From Candidatus Sumerlaeia bacterium (GTDB lineage Bacteria; Sumerlaeota; Sumerlaeia; MVZB01), in contig JBDKRG010000059.1 in the NCBI GenBank assembly GCA_039683515.1, forward strand, positions 105,003 through 169,002: a stretch of DNA of 64,000 bases. Reading direction: 5' to 3'. The notes under the pieces were generated by a model. It saw only the letters and a program-made list of their open reading frames with translations. It did no database searches and was not told the DNA's origin. Below are positions 44,826 through 57,430 of this stretch, piece after piece (positions within the stretch are counted from its first letter, which is position 1; each line of letters opens with the position of its first letter). The translations under genes were made by a program, and so were the position numbers.

Positions 44826-44932
44826 AATGACTCCTCCACAACTGACCAACGGCCGAATACAAATCCCATTACGGATACAAACAGCAAACAAGCCGAAAGG
44901 AGACGAAACCCGATATGTGCTTAGCTGGTTCT

Positions 44933-45128
44933 AAGCGCTGAAAGCGCGGGAGATTTCAGCCTGGGGTGGAGCGAAGCGTAGCCCCAGGAATAAGGCGTAA
45001 CATTGACAGGAGCGCTGAAGGCGCGAGAGAAACTTATGTCACGCCTTCAGCGCTCGTTATTTCTTCGTCCGACACCTGGGGCTGCGCTTCGCTCCACCCC
45101 AGGCTTAATTCTCTTGCGCCTTCAGCGC
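44933..45128. repeat. ~200-bp composite nested-palindrome element, copy 1
   Basis: Module order: AAGCGCTGAAAGCGCG / CCTGGGG-N15-CCCCAGG / GAGCGCTGAAGGCGCG / CGCCTTCAGCGCTC / CCTGGGG-N15-CCCCAGG / GCGCCTTCAGCGC. The outer, middle and inner pairs are mutually complementary. Confidence 0.9.
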
Positions 45129-45174
45129 ATGATTCAAATCACACGCCAAACGCGTTTCTCGAAACGCGGTCCGC

Positions 45175-46209
45175 TCAGCTCAGATCGATCGCCTTGCCCG
45201 TGCGCTGCGATTCGTAGCAGGCGAGCACGGCGGCGACGGCCTGGCGGCCGTCCCAACCGGTGATCGGCGGTTCCTTGTCGTTGATGATCGCGGCGAAGAA
45301 GGTCTTCAGCAGCCGCGTGAACGACGCGAGGCGGACCTGGTCGAGATAGCCCTTGCCCTTCCAGTCGATCGGCTCCTGAACGGCGATCGTCTCCCACTGG
45401 CCGCCCCTGATGGCCATCTTGGCGTGGCTGTACGAATCGACGTCGAGGAGACCGTCCTGGCAGAAGATCTGGAAGTTGTACTTTTCCTTGAAGCTCGGCG
45501 GCGGCAGCTCGAACGAGTTGAAGATGTATGCGGTCGAGCCGTCGGCCATCTCCATGAGCGCCTCGACGGTGCCGTCCGACGGCAGGTGCGGCATGTAATT
45601 GCGGCACTTGGCGTAGATGGACTTGATTTCCTGGCCGGTGAAGAACCGGATCGAGTCATAGGTGTGGATGCAGTGGCCGAGGATCAGGCCGCCCTGCTCC
45701 GGGTCCAGGTTCCAGCGCGGGACGTTGGCCTTGGCCTCGGGCTCCATGCACAGGCCCCGGATCTGGTGGACCTTGCCGATCTTGCCCGAATCGATCGCCT
45801 CTTTGGCGATGTAATTGCAGATGCGGTGGCGCTGCGTCTGGGCGACGGTGATCTTGACGTTGTTCTTCTTGGCGGCCTCGATCATCTTGTCGCAATCCTC
45901 GACCGTCGTCGCCATCGGCTTCTCGACCATGACGTGCTTGCCGGCGTTGAGCGCCGCCAGGGCGATCCTGGCGTGGAAGAGCTGCGGCGTGGGGGTCAGG
46001 ACGACGTCGATCTCGTCGCTGTTGACGAGGTCTTCCCACCGGTCGTACTGCTTCACCTTGTATTCAGTGGCGATTTCGTCGGCTCCGCGCTCGGCGGATA
46101 CGCCCGTCAGTTGGGCCTCCGGGAGATTCTTGGCGACGCAGGCCGCATAGGTCTTGCCCATGAAGCCGGCCCCGACAATGCCGATTCTCAGCTTTTCACC
46201 GTTGCTCAT
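45175..46209 (-). CDS. Gfo/Idh/MocA-family oxidoreductase
   Basis: 'LRIGIVGAGFMGKTYA' and 'KHVMVEKPMA'. Confidence 0.88.
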   Translation of the reverse strand: MSNGEKLRIGIVGAGFMGKTYAACVAKNLPEAQLTGVSAERGADEIATEYKVKQYDRWEDLVNSDEIDVVLTPTPQLFHARIALAALNAGKHVMVEKPMATTVEDCDKMIEAAKKNNVKITVAQTQRHRICNYIAKEAIDSGKIGKVHQIRGLCMEPEAKANVPRWNLDPEQGGLILGHCIHTYDSIRFFTGQEIKSIYAKCRNYMPHLPSDGTVEALMEMADGSTAYIFNSFELPPPSFKEKYNFQIFCQDGLLDVDSYSHAKMAIRGGQWETIAVQEPIDWKGKGYLDQVRLASFTRLLKTFFAAIINDKEPPITGWDGRQAVAAVLACYESQRTGKAIDLS

Positions 46210-46398
46210 GATTGGTCCCTTTCTACAGGCAATTTTCCTGGCCGCATTAGGGCGGCCGATTTTTCACGACGACTCGGCTGACGGATCGTAAGCCGCCGTC
46301 CATTGTCAACGGGGAGAAAATGTTTTCAAGTTATTTGAGCCTGCGGCCTTATCTCATCGAGATATTGTTTCAAACACGAAACTTGCCGCAACCCGTTT

Positions 46399-46431
46399 GG
46401 GCCTTGGGTCCCTTGGGTCCCTTGGGTCCTT
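46399..46431 (+). repeat. nonamer tandem repeat TTGGGTCCC x3
   Basis: gggccttgggtcccttgggtcccttgggtcc, ending 5 nt from the FAH gene stop. Confidence 0.9.
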
Positions 46432-46435
46432 TTTC

Positions 46436-47254
46436 TCACCCTATTTTCGACGCGTTGGGCAGGCCCTTGCGCACCGGGTTGCGCAGCGTGCCGACCCCCT
46501 CGATCTCGACCTCGACCGTCTCGCCCTCGCGCATGAACCGCGGCGGGGTGCGCATGTGGCCGACCCCCTCGGGCGTGCCGGTCAGGATGATCGTCCCCGG
46601 CAGCAGCGTGAACTGGTGCGACAAGTAACTGACCAGCGTCCGGCAGCTGAACAGCATCTCCTTCGTGCAGGCCTCCTGCATGAGCTCCCCCTCGAGCCGG
46701 GTGCGGATCGCGAGGTTGTCGGGGTCCCCCTCCGTCTGGATGCACGGGCCGATCGGGCAGAACGTGTCGAAGCTCTTGGCGCGCGTCCACTGGACGTCGA
46801 GCCGCATCTGGCAGTCGCGGGCGCTGACGTCGTTGGCGGCCGTCCAGCCCAGGACGTAATCCATCGCCTCGTCGCGGCTGATGCCGCGGGCCTTGCGGCC
46901 GATCACCAGCGCCAGCTCGCCCTCGAAATCGACTTCGTTGGGCGCCTGCGGCGGCAGCAGGATCGGGTCGCCGGGGCCGGCGAGCGAGGTCGTGGCCTTG
47001 AGGAAAACGACCGGGGCCGTCGGCAGCTTCATCTCGGTTTCGCGCGCGTGGCCGACGTAATTCAGGCCGATCGCAACGATGTTGGGCGGGTCGACCGGGG
47101 CCAGCATCCGCTCGATCGATTCGGCGGCGACGGCGTCCGGGCCGACGCTCCACTTGCCGAGGATATTGCCCTCGATCCGGCGCACCGAGCCATTTTCTTC
47201 CATCACGCCGTGGCACACCTCGCCGGCGTGAGTCCGAACGCGCACGATCTTCAT
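46436..47254 (-). CDS. fumarylacetoacetate hydrolase (FAH)-family protein
   Basis: 'IVAIGLNYVGHA', 'PVVFLKATTSL', 'VDFEGELALVIG' and 'ILTGTPEGVG'. Confidence 0.88.
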   Translation of the reverse strand: MKIVRVRTHAGEVCHGVMEENGSVRRIEGNILGKWSVGPDAVAAESIERMLAPVDPPNIVAIGLNYVGHARETEMKLPTAPVVFLKATTSLAGPGDPILLPPQAPNEVDFEGELALVIGRKARGISRDEAMDYVLGWTAANDVSARDCQMRLDVQWTRAKSFDTFCPIGPCIQTEGDPDNLAIRTRLEGELMQEACTKEMLFSCRTLVSYLSHQFTLLPGTIILTGTPEGVGHMRTPPRFMREGETVEVEIEGVGTLRNPVRKGLPNASKIG

Positions 47255-47384
47255 GATGCCTCTCCCCCGGTGAATTCAACCAGACAACGAACGACCTATA
47301 GCAAAGCGTCAACATATTTGGAATGATGAATGATTGTCGGATCATGGATGCTGACCGGCAGACTTGCACTCGGGAGGGACCGCG

Positions 47385-47702
47385 ATGACCGAGGCGATCA
47401 TGGTGACGATCACGTTCGACAGCGCCGAGAAGGCCAATGAGATGGCGCGGTTGATCCTGGAGCGACGGCTCGCGGCCTGCATCCAGGTGCTGGGGCCGGT
47501 GACCAGCACGTACCGCTGGAACGGCCCGATCGAGTCGGCCCAGGAATGGCTGGCGCTGATCAAGACGCGCCACGAGCACTTCGAGTCGCTCGAGCTGCTC
47601 GTCAAGGAACACCATTCCTACGAGGTCCCCGAAATCCTCGCCGTCCCCATCGTCGCCGGCAGCAGGGACTACCTGGACTGGCTGATGAACGAAACCGAAT
47701 GA
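47385..47702 (+). CDS. cutA: divalent-cation tolerance protein CutA
   Basis: 'ERRLAACIQVLGPVTSTYRWNGPIESAQEWLALIKT...HSYEVPEILAVPI'. SD GGGAGGGA. Confidence 0.9.
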   Translation: MTEAIMVTITFDSAEKANEMARLILERRLAACIQVLGPVTSTYRWNGPIESAQEWLALIKTRHEHFESLELLVKEHHSYEVPEILAVPIVAGSRDYLDWLMNETE

Positions 47703-47777
47703 GCATCGACCGGTCAACAATCAGAGGTTGAACTATTTCGTCGCGCCCTGCAAAATGGCCCTGAGAGGTTGTTTACG

Positions 47778-48587
47778 ATGCCCGATTCGAAGACATGGTG
47801 GCCGGAAGCGGCCCGCGGCTGGAGCGCCGAGGAGCAACAACTGCTGGGCTTGCTCGACCCCGGCCGCATGCCGGCCCACGTCGCCATCATCATGGACGGC
47901 AACGGCCGCTGGGCGCGCCAGCGCGGCTACCTCGACCGCATCCGCGGCCACGAGGCCGGCATCGAATCGGTCCGCGAGGCCACGCGCACGAGCGCCCAGC
48001 TGCGCCTCGAGGTCCTCACCCTCTACGCCTTCAGCAAGGAAAACTGGCGCCGCCCGGCCGCCGAGGTCGCCGCGCTCATGGAGCTGCTGCGGCGGTTCCT
48101 GATCGCCGAGCGCGACGAGCTGATGGAGAACAACATCCGGCTGCTGACGATCGGCAACGCGGACGACCTGCCCTCGGGCGCGCGCGCGGCCCTCGACGAG
48201 ACGATCCGCATCACGGCCGGCAACACCGGCATGAAGCTCGTCCTGGCGCTCAGCTACGGCGGGCGCGACGAGCTCGTGCGCGCCGCCCGGCGCATCGCCG
48301 AGCAGGCGCGCGACGGCCGGCTCGACCCCGCAAAAATCGACGAGAGCCTGATCGATGCGCAGCTCGACACGGCCGGCATGCCCGACCCCGACCTGCTCAT
48401 CCGCACCAGCGGCGAGCTGCGCGTCAGCAACTTCCTGCTGTGGCAGATCGCCTATGCCGAGATTTTCGTCACCCCCGTGCTCTGGCCCGATTTCCGGCGG
48501 CGGCAGCTGCTCGAGGCGCTGGTCGACTACCAGCGGCGCGAGCGGCGCTACGGCGGCGTCGGTCAATCCACCGCCCCGCGAGGATAA
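47778..48587 (+). CDS. uppS: isoprenyl transferase (undecaprenyl-diphosphate synthase)
   Basis: 'HVAIIMDGNGRWA', 'LTLYAFSKENWRRP' and 'IRTSGELRVSNFLLWQIAYAE'. Confidence 0.95.
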   Translation: MPDSKTWWPEAARGWSAEEQQLLGLLDPGRMPAHVAIIMDGNGRWARQRGYLDRIRGHEAGIESVREATRTSAQLRLEVLTLYAFSKENWRRPAAEVAALMELLRRFLIAERDELMENNIRLLTIGNADDLPSGARAALDETIRITAGNTGMKLVLALSYGGRDELVRAARRIAEQARDGRLDPAKIDESLIDAQLDTAGMPDPDLLIRTSGELRVSNFLLWQIAYAEIFVTPVLWPDFRRRQLLEALVDYQRRERRYGGVGQSTAPRG

Positions 48588-48593
48588 TCGCCC

Positions 48594-49445
48594 ATGCTGT
48601 CGATGCGACTGCTCTCCGGCATCGTTTTCTTCATCCTGTTCTTCGTCGGCCTGTTCGCGCCGCACATGCAGTTCCTGCTGGTCGTCCTGCTGGCGTTCGG
48701 CGCCCTCATGGGCGTGCACGAGTTCATTTATTTCAGCCGCGAGAAACCGCCCCGCTGGCTCGTCCGCCTCACGCTCGTCGCGGCCCTCGCCATGCTCGTC
48801 AACGCCTACTGGTTCCACTACGAATACACGTTCATCGTCATCAGCCTGGCCGCCGTCCTCGCGCTCGGGATCATCACGTTCACCGACGATCCCAACCCGA
48901 CCGACCACGCCTCGCGCGCGATCATGTCGCTGATCTACGTCGCCATGCCGCTGTCGCTCATCATGGCGATCTGGCACACCCTCAGCGGCAAGCCCGACTT
49001 CGACAGCCCGCAGCACTACATCATCTTCCTCGTCCTGGTCACCTGGTCCTCCGACATCGGCGCCTATTTCGTCGGCCGCGCCTTCGGCAAGCACAAGCTC
49101 GCCCCGAAGATCAGCCCGGGCAAAACGATCGAGGGCCTGGCCGGCGGCGTCGCCATGACGCTCCTGGTCGCCGTCTGCATGAAGCTGTTCTGGAACAATA
49201 TCGACCGCATCTTCCCCGGCCCCAAGGGGTGGTTCGAGGTCCTCGGCCTGGCGATCGCGTTCAGCCTGATCGGCCCGTGGGGCGACCTCGCCGAGAGCCG
49301 CATGAAACGCTCCACCGGCGTCAAGGATTCGGGCCAGACCTTCACCGGCCACGGCGGCATGCTCGACATCATCGACAGCCTGCTGTTCACGACGATCGTC
49401 TTCTACGCCTACCTGAAGTTCTTCCGCGATTTTTCGCTGTTTTAA
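48594..49445 (+). CDS. cdsA: phosphatidate cytidylyltransferase
   Basis: 'SDIGAYFVGRAFGKHKLAPKISPGKTIEG' and 'GDLAESRMKRSTGVKDSGQTFTGHGGMLDIIDS'. Confidence 0.93.
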   Translation: MLSMRLLSGIVFFILFFVGLFAPHMQFLLVVLLAFGALMGVHEFIYFSREKPPRWLVRLTLVAALAMLVNAYWFHYEYTFIVISLAAVLALGIITFTDDPNPTDHASRAIMSLIYVAMPLSLIMAIWHTLSGKPDFDSPQHYIIFLVLVTWSSDIGAYFVGRAFGKHKLAPKISPGKTIEGLAGGVAMTLLVAVCMKLFWNNIDRIFPGPKGWFEVLGLAIAFSLIGPWGDLAESRMKRSTGVKDSGQTFTGHGGMLDIIDSLLFTTIVFYAYLKFFRDFSLF

Positions 49446-49487
49446 TACCTCCCCTTTGGTTAAATTCAGAAGTGGAGGACGCGCAAT

Positions 49488-49715
49488 ATGCGAAAAATTG
49501 CCCCCCGCATCGTGGCGGACGAAAAAGTCCGATTTGGAAAGCCCGTCATCGAGGGCACACGCGTCCCGGTGGATCTTGTGCTTGGCAGGCTCGCCGCCGA
49601 AATGAGCATTGAGGAAATCTGCGAGGAATACGGCATTGTTCGTGAAGACGTGTTGGCGGCATTGAGCTACGCCGCGACCGTCCTGGCCGAAGAACAAATC
49701 CGGGCGGTCGGCTGA
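49488..49715 (+). CDS. DUF433-family antitoxin-like protein
   Basis: 'VRFGKPVIEGTRVPVDLVLGRLAAEMSIEEICEEYGIVREDVLAAL' is the DUF433 pattern. The stop overlaps the next start (TGATG). Confidence 0.75.
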   Translation: MRKIAPRIVADEKVRFGKPVIEGTRVPVDLVLGRLAAEMSIEEICEEYGIVREDVLAALSYAATVLAEEQIRAVG

Positions 49716-50076
49716 TGCCTCAATTTCTAACCGACGAGGACATGCCTCGTTCACTTGCCCGCTTTTTGACCGAGTCAAATGTGGATACCCTTGACGTGCG
49801 CGACGCGGGTCTTCGCGGCCAACCCGATGAAGCAATACTCGCTTATGCAAAAACAAATCAGCGCACAATCATCACGGCCGATGTTGAATTCGGAAACATA
49901 TTAAGATTTGCACTCGGAACCCATCCGGGAATCATTGTCGCGCGCTTCCCCGTCCAGATTCCGATTCGGGAAGTGAATGCAGCAATTCTCGCCGCGATCC
50001 AATCTTTGAGTGAATCCGATCTCGCCGGAAATGTCGTTACCATCACGCCGACGCAAATCCGTATCCGCCGGCATTC

Positions 50077-50080
<4 letters not shown>
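49715..50080 (+). CDS. DUF5615-family PIN-like toxin candidate
   Basis: '[11 protein letters not shown]...[36 protein letters not shown]' is the DUF5615 (Mut7-C/PIN-like) pattern, commonly paired with DUF433. Confidence 0.7.
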
Positions 50081-53781
<3,701 letters not shown>

Positions 53782-53804
53782 GGGTGGATCCTTCCCCCTA
53801 AATC

Positions 53805-53830
53805 ACTATATCCGGATTTAAGGATATAGT
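53805..53830. promoter_or_regulatory. 9-bp perfect inverted repeat in the metH / flavoprotein divergent spacer
   Basis: ACTATATCC-ggatttaa-GGATATAGT, 24 nt upstream of the metH start. Confidence 0.4.
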
Positions 53831-53934
53831 TTCGGCGCCCGCTTTGTCAAGCCCTTGCGGCACGAACGCAATCGAATGTTGCATGCCCGCGACACATCCC
53901 TAAAATGGCTCCTACGTTCCGGCCGGAGGCGCCC

Positions 53935-54570
53935 ATGCGGATCTCGATCATCCTCGCCCATCCATCGAATTCGAGCTTCAACCATGCGATCGCCCGCAGG
54001 GCGCATGAATCCGCCGCGGCCAACGGCCATGAAGTCGCCTTCCACGATCTCTACGGCGAAGGCTTCGATCCGCTCATCGGCGCGGACGAACTCGGCCGCG
54101 ACGCGCATCTGGCCGAGACGATCGCCCGCCACTGCGACGAGATCCGCCGGGCGGACGGCATCGTCATCGTGCACCCGAACTGGTGGGGGATGCCGCCGGC
54201 CATCCTCAAGGGCTGGATCGACCGCGTGATCCGGCCCGGCGTCGCCTATGAGTTCATCGAAGGCGACAACGGCGAAGGGATTCCGAACGGGCTGCTGCGC
54301 GCGCGAACGGCCGTCGTGTTCAACACGGGCGACACGGAAGCCGGCCGCGAGCGGGACGTTTTCGGCGATCCGCTGGAGACCATCTGGCGCAACTGTATTT
54401 TCGGCTTCTGCGGCGTCGCCGATGTTCGCCGCCGGCTGTTCGGGATCGTCATCACGAGCGACGCCGAGCAGCGCGCCCATTGGCTCGACGAAGCGGCGGC
54501 CATTGTTGAGGACGCATTCCCATCGGCAAAAAATGCTGATCAAACCGGGGACCGGAAAGTTACGGCCTAG
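53935..54570 (+). CDS. flavodoxin-like-fold NAD(P)H dehydrogenase (quinone) / NQO-KefF-type
   Basis: 'MRISIILAHPSNSSFNHAI', 'DLYGEGFDP' and 'ADGIVIVHPNWWGMPPAILKGWIDRV'. Confidence 0.8.
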   Translation: MRISIILAHPSNSSFNHAIARRAHESAAANGHEVAFHDLYGEGFDPLIGADELGRDAHLAETIARHCDEIRRADGIVIVHPNWWGMPPAILKGWIDRVIRPGVAYEFIEGDNGEGIPNGLLRARTAVVFNTGDTEAGRERDVFGDPLETIWRNCIFGFCGVADVRRRLFGIVITSDAEQRAHWLDEAAAIVEDAFPSAKNADQTGDRKVTA

Positions 54571-54575
54571 CAACC

Positions 54576-56405
54576 ATGCAGATCTTCTTACTATGGCGCG
54601 ACCGCGATGAGCCGCTCGACCCGCGCCGGGTCGAGAGCCGGCTGCGCGGGTTTTATGAGCCGCTCCTGCGCGGGCGGCCCGCCTCGACGCATCTTCGCGC
54701 CGGCGGCGCGTCGGCGGTTTACCTCGAGTTGCCGGTCGACGGCTGGATCCCCCCCTTCCTCGAGCAAACCGAGTCTTCCTGGACGCTGGGGCTGGACTAC
54801 CCGGTCGAGGCGCGGCGCGCGCTCGAGACGCGCGGCATCAAGCCGCGGCCGGGAGGCGTTCTCGCGGCCTTCGCCGACGAACTCGAAAAAGACCCCGCGC
54901 CGCTCCTGCGCGAGGTCTCGGCCCCGTTCGTGATCGCGTGGCGGTCGCGCCGCGACCCGAACGTCCTGATGATCCAGAACGACGGCATCGGGATCGGCCA
55001 GATTTTCGTCTACGACGACGGCCGGCGCTGGGCGGCCTCCAACCGCATCTTCGCGTTCAAGGCGCTGGGGCTTGACGTCAAAATGGAGCCCGCGCAGTGG
55101 GCCACGCAGGCCGTGCTCGGCTGGTTCCCGCTCAACGACACCGGCTACAGGAACATCTCGGTCATCCCCCCGGCCACGCGGCTGCGCGTCGAAGACGGCA
55201 ACGTCGCGGGCGAGACATTCGACGTTCTGGATTTTCTCATGAACGACACCGTGCCGCGCGAGGAGGCGCTCGAGCTCGGCCGCCAGGCGGCGCTCGATTA
55301 CGCCAGGAGCGCGGGCGAGCTGTTCGGCACGGCCTCGGCGGGGCTGACCGGCGGCTGGGACACGCGCGCCGTCGTCTCGTCGTTCCTGGCCGCCGGCGTC
55401 GATCACTTCCGCCTCCACGTGCGCGGCCGCCGCGACGTCGACGACGTCGTCGTCGCCGAGCGCCTCGCGCAGATCATCGGCAAGCCGCTCAACGTCAAAA
55501 CCCGCGGCGGCCTCCCGCCGGCCACAGCCTCAATGCTCGAGAAAAGCATGGACGAGGCGCTGCGCTGGCAGGCGGGCCACGCCGAGTTCAAGGGCGCCAA
55601 GATGTTCCTCAACAGCAACGGCCGGCTCGACGGCGGCTGGGTCAACATCATGGGCCAGCACGGCGCGGTCGGGCGCGGGTTCTACATCGGCCGCACCCAT
55701 GCGATGGAGCTCGACCCGTCGCAGTTCGAGGACAAGCTGCTCGAATACGTCTCGCAGTGGACGCGCTCGTTCATGCGGCCGCCGATGCGCGAGCACGCCG
55801 AGGAGACGATCCGCGCGGCCTACCGCGCCGCCGACCGCCACGGCGTCGAGGGCTACAACCGCCTCGACTTTTTCTACATGTACGAGCGGACGCGGCGCTG
55901 GGCGTCGGGCGGCCAATACAACCAGCCCGGCAAGGTCCTGACGCCGTTCCTCACGCCCGGCTACATCCGCGCCAGCTTCAGCTTCCCCGGCCCCGAGCGT
56001 GTCCTCAACCCGGTGCACCGCTACATCATCGACACGAACATGCCGGTCTGGTCGAAGGTCCCGTTCCACTACGAAGTCACGCCGAAGCTGCGCGACGAGT
56101 GGGCGCGCCAGTGGCGGCGGGCCAGCCGCGGGAATCGGGCGATCGCGCGCTGGCGCATATGGCGGGAGCGGCTCGACGCCATGGCCCTGTTCGGCGGGCA
56201 ACTCAAAAACTACCGCGAATCCGGCCGGCGCGGGTTCAACAACGGCAATTACTGGAAGGCGGTCGGCCGCCCGCTCATCGAGCGCGCGCTGCGCGACGGC
56301 GGCCTGTGGACGGAAGTTTACGATCCGCGGCTGGCGTCGCAGAAGTGGGCCGAGGGCCCCGACGACATCGTGGTCCTGTGGCTACTGGAGAAGATTTGTT
56401 CGTAG
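54576..56405 (+). CDS. asparagine-synthase-related PP-loop protein without the N-terminal Cys nucleophile
   Basis: It starts 5 nt after the previous stop. 'ASAGLTGGWDTRAV' resembles the SGGxDS PP-loop of AsnB-type synthetase domains. The N-terminus 'MQIFLLW' lacks Cys2. Confidence 0.45.
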   Translation: MQIFLLWRDRDEPLDPRRVESRLRGFYEPLLRGRPASTHLRAGGASAVYLELPVDGWIPPFLEQTESSWTLGLDYPVEARRALETRGIKPRPGGVLAAFADELEKDPAPLLREVSAPFVIAWRSRRDPNVLMIQNDGIGIGQIFVYDDGRRWAASNRIFAFKALGLDVKMEPAQWATQAVLGWFPLNDTGYRNISVIPPATRLRVEDGNVAGETFDVLDFLMNDTVPREEALELGRQAALDYARSAGELFGTASAGLTGGWDTRAVVSSFLAAGVDHFRLHVRGRRDVDDVVVAERLAQIIGKPLNVKTRGGLPPATASMLEKSMDEALRWQAGHAEFKGAKMFLNSNGRLDGGWVNIMGQHGAVGRGFYIGRTHAMELDPSQFEDKLLEYVSQWTRSFMRPPMREHAEETIRAAYRAADRHGVEGYNRLDFFYMYERTRRWASGGQYNQPGKVLTPFLTPGYIRASFSFPGPERVLNPVHRYIIDTNMPVWSKVPFHYEVTPKLRDEWARQWRRASRGNRAIARWRIWRERLDAMALFGGQLKNYRESGRRGFNNGNYWKAVGRPLIERALRDGGLWTEVYDPRLASQKWAEGPDDIVVLWLLEKICS

Positions 56406-56537
56406 CCCCGCCTTCAGGCGGAATCCATGAATGTCGTCGGTTTCCCGCCTGAAGGCGCGATGGCGACGAATCCATTTTCGAGAATCCTCTCATACTGCTC
56501 TGCCATATGGCGTATGTTTTGGGATGCAAGCGATCCC

Positions 56538-56736
56538 AAGCGCTGAAAGCGCGAAAGAATACAGCCTGGGGCGCAGCGAAGCGCAGCCCCAGGTAAGCGG
56601 CGCCATATCATTGGAGCGCTGAAGGCGCGGAAGAAGCCGATTTCTCTCGCTCCTTCAGCGCTCCGGTTTGGTGCGGTTCGTGACCTGGGGCTGCGCTGCG
56701 CTTCGCCCAGGCTATGATCTCTTGCGCCTTCAGCGC
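56538..56736. repeat. ~200-bp composite nested-palindrome element, copy 2
   Basis: Same module order and spacing as 44933-45128: AAGCGCTGAAAGCGCG ... CCTGGGG-N15-CCCCAGG ... GGAGCGCTGAAGGCGCGG ... GCTCCTTCAGCGCTCC ... CCTGGGG-N15-CCCAGG ... GCGCCTTCAGCGC. Confidence 0.9.
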
Positions 56737-56770
56737 AAAAAAACTGATCACATGGAGTGGCCGAGTCGTA

Positions 56771-57355
56771 CTAAAAATCGTGGCTGTCGATGATTTGCGT
56801 CTCGAACGCGGAGAGCCGGGTCTCGCCCAGCGGCACGCTCGGGTCGATCCCCGCCTTGCGGTAGAGATGCGCCAGGAACGTCGGCACGTCCCAACCGTGC
56901 TCGCTGGCGACGTCGGGCAGCAGGAGCCCGCGCTGATAATCGTGCTCGATCAGCAGCCCGTCGCGTCCGATCACGATTTCGGCCGGGGAATGAATGCGGC
57001 GGCTCGGCGTGAGGATCGAGAGCTTGAAATCAAGCCGGGCGAGCTCGTCGGGGCGGACCGGATCGAACCGCGGGTCGAGCCGGGCCGCGCGCCACGCGCA
57101 CCTGGCCACCACGCGCGCGACGGGATCCTCGGCGCGGATCTCGCCGAGGCAGCCGCGCAGCTCTTGATTCACGTACACGGTCGTGAACGCCGCGCGCGGA
57201 TCGGCCAGGGCCGGATTCCGCCCGATCGCCTCGTCGATGCAGTCCAGATCGTATCCGGCGGTGTCGCGAACGGACGCCTCGATCGCCGCCCACGCCACCT
57301 CGACAAGGGCCTTCTGGCAGGAAGCATCCAGCAGTTTTTTCTCTTCGCTCATCAA
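56771..57355 (-). CDS. AMMECR1-domain protein
   Basis: 'LRGCLGEI', 'DPRFDPV' and 'LLIEHDYQRGLLLPDVA'. Confidence 0.88.
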   Translation of the reverse strand: MMSEEKKLLDASCQKALVEVAWAAIEASVRDTAGYDLDCIDEAIGRNPALADPRAAFTTVYVNQELRGCLGEIRAEDPVARVVARCAWRAARLDPRFDPVRPDELARLDFKLSILTPSRRIHSPAEIVIGRDGLLIEHDYQRGLLLPDVASEHGWDVPTFLAHLYRKAGIDPSVPLGETRLSAFETQIIDSHDF

Positions 57356-57430
57356 TGCCGATTATAGCCTCGACGCGATTTCAAAGCGATTCGATTCTCG
57401 ACGATTGCCCGCGCGGGCATGGGCACGTTC

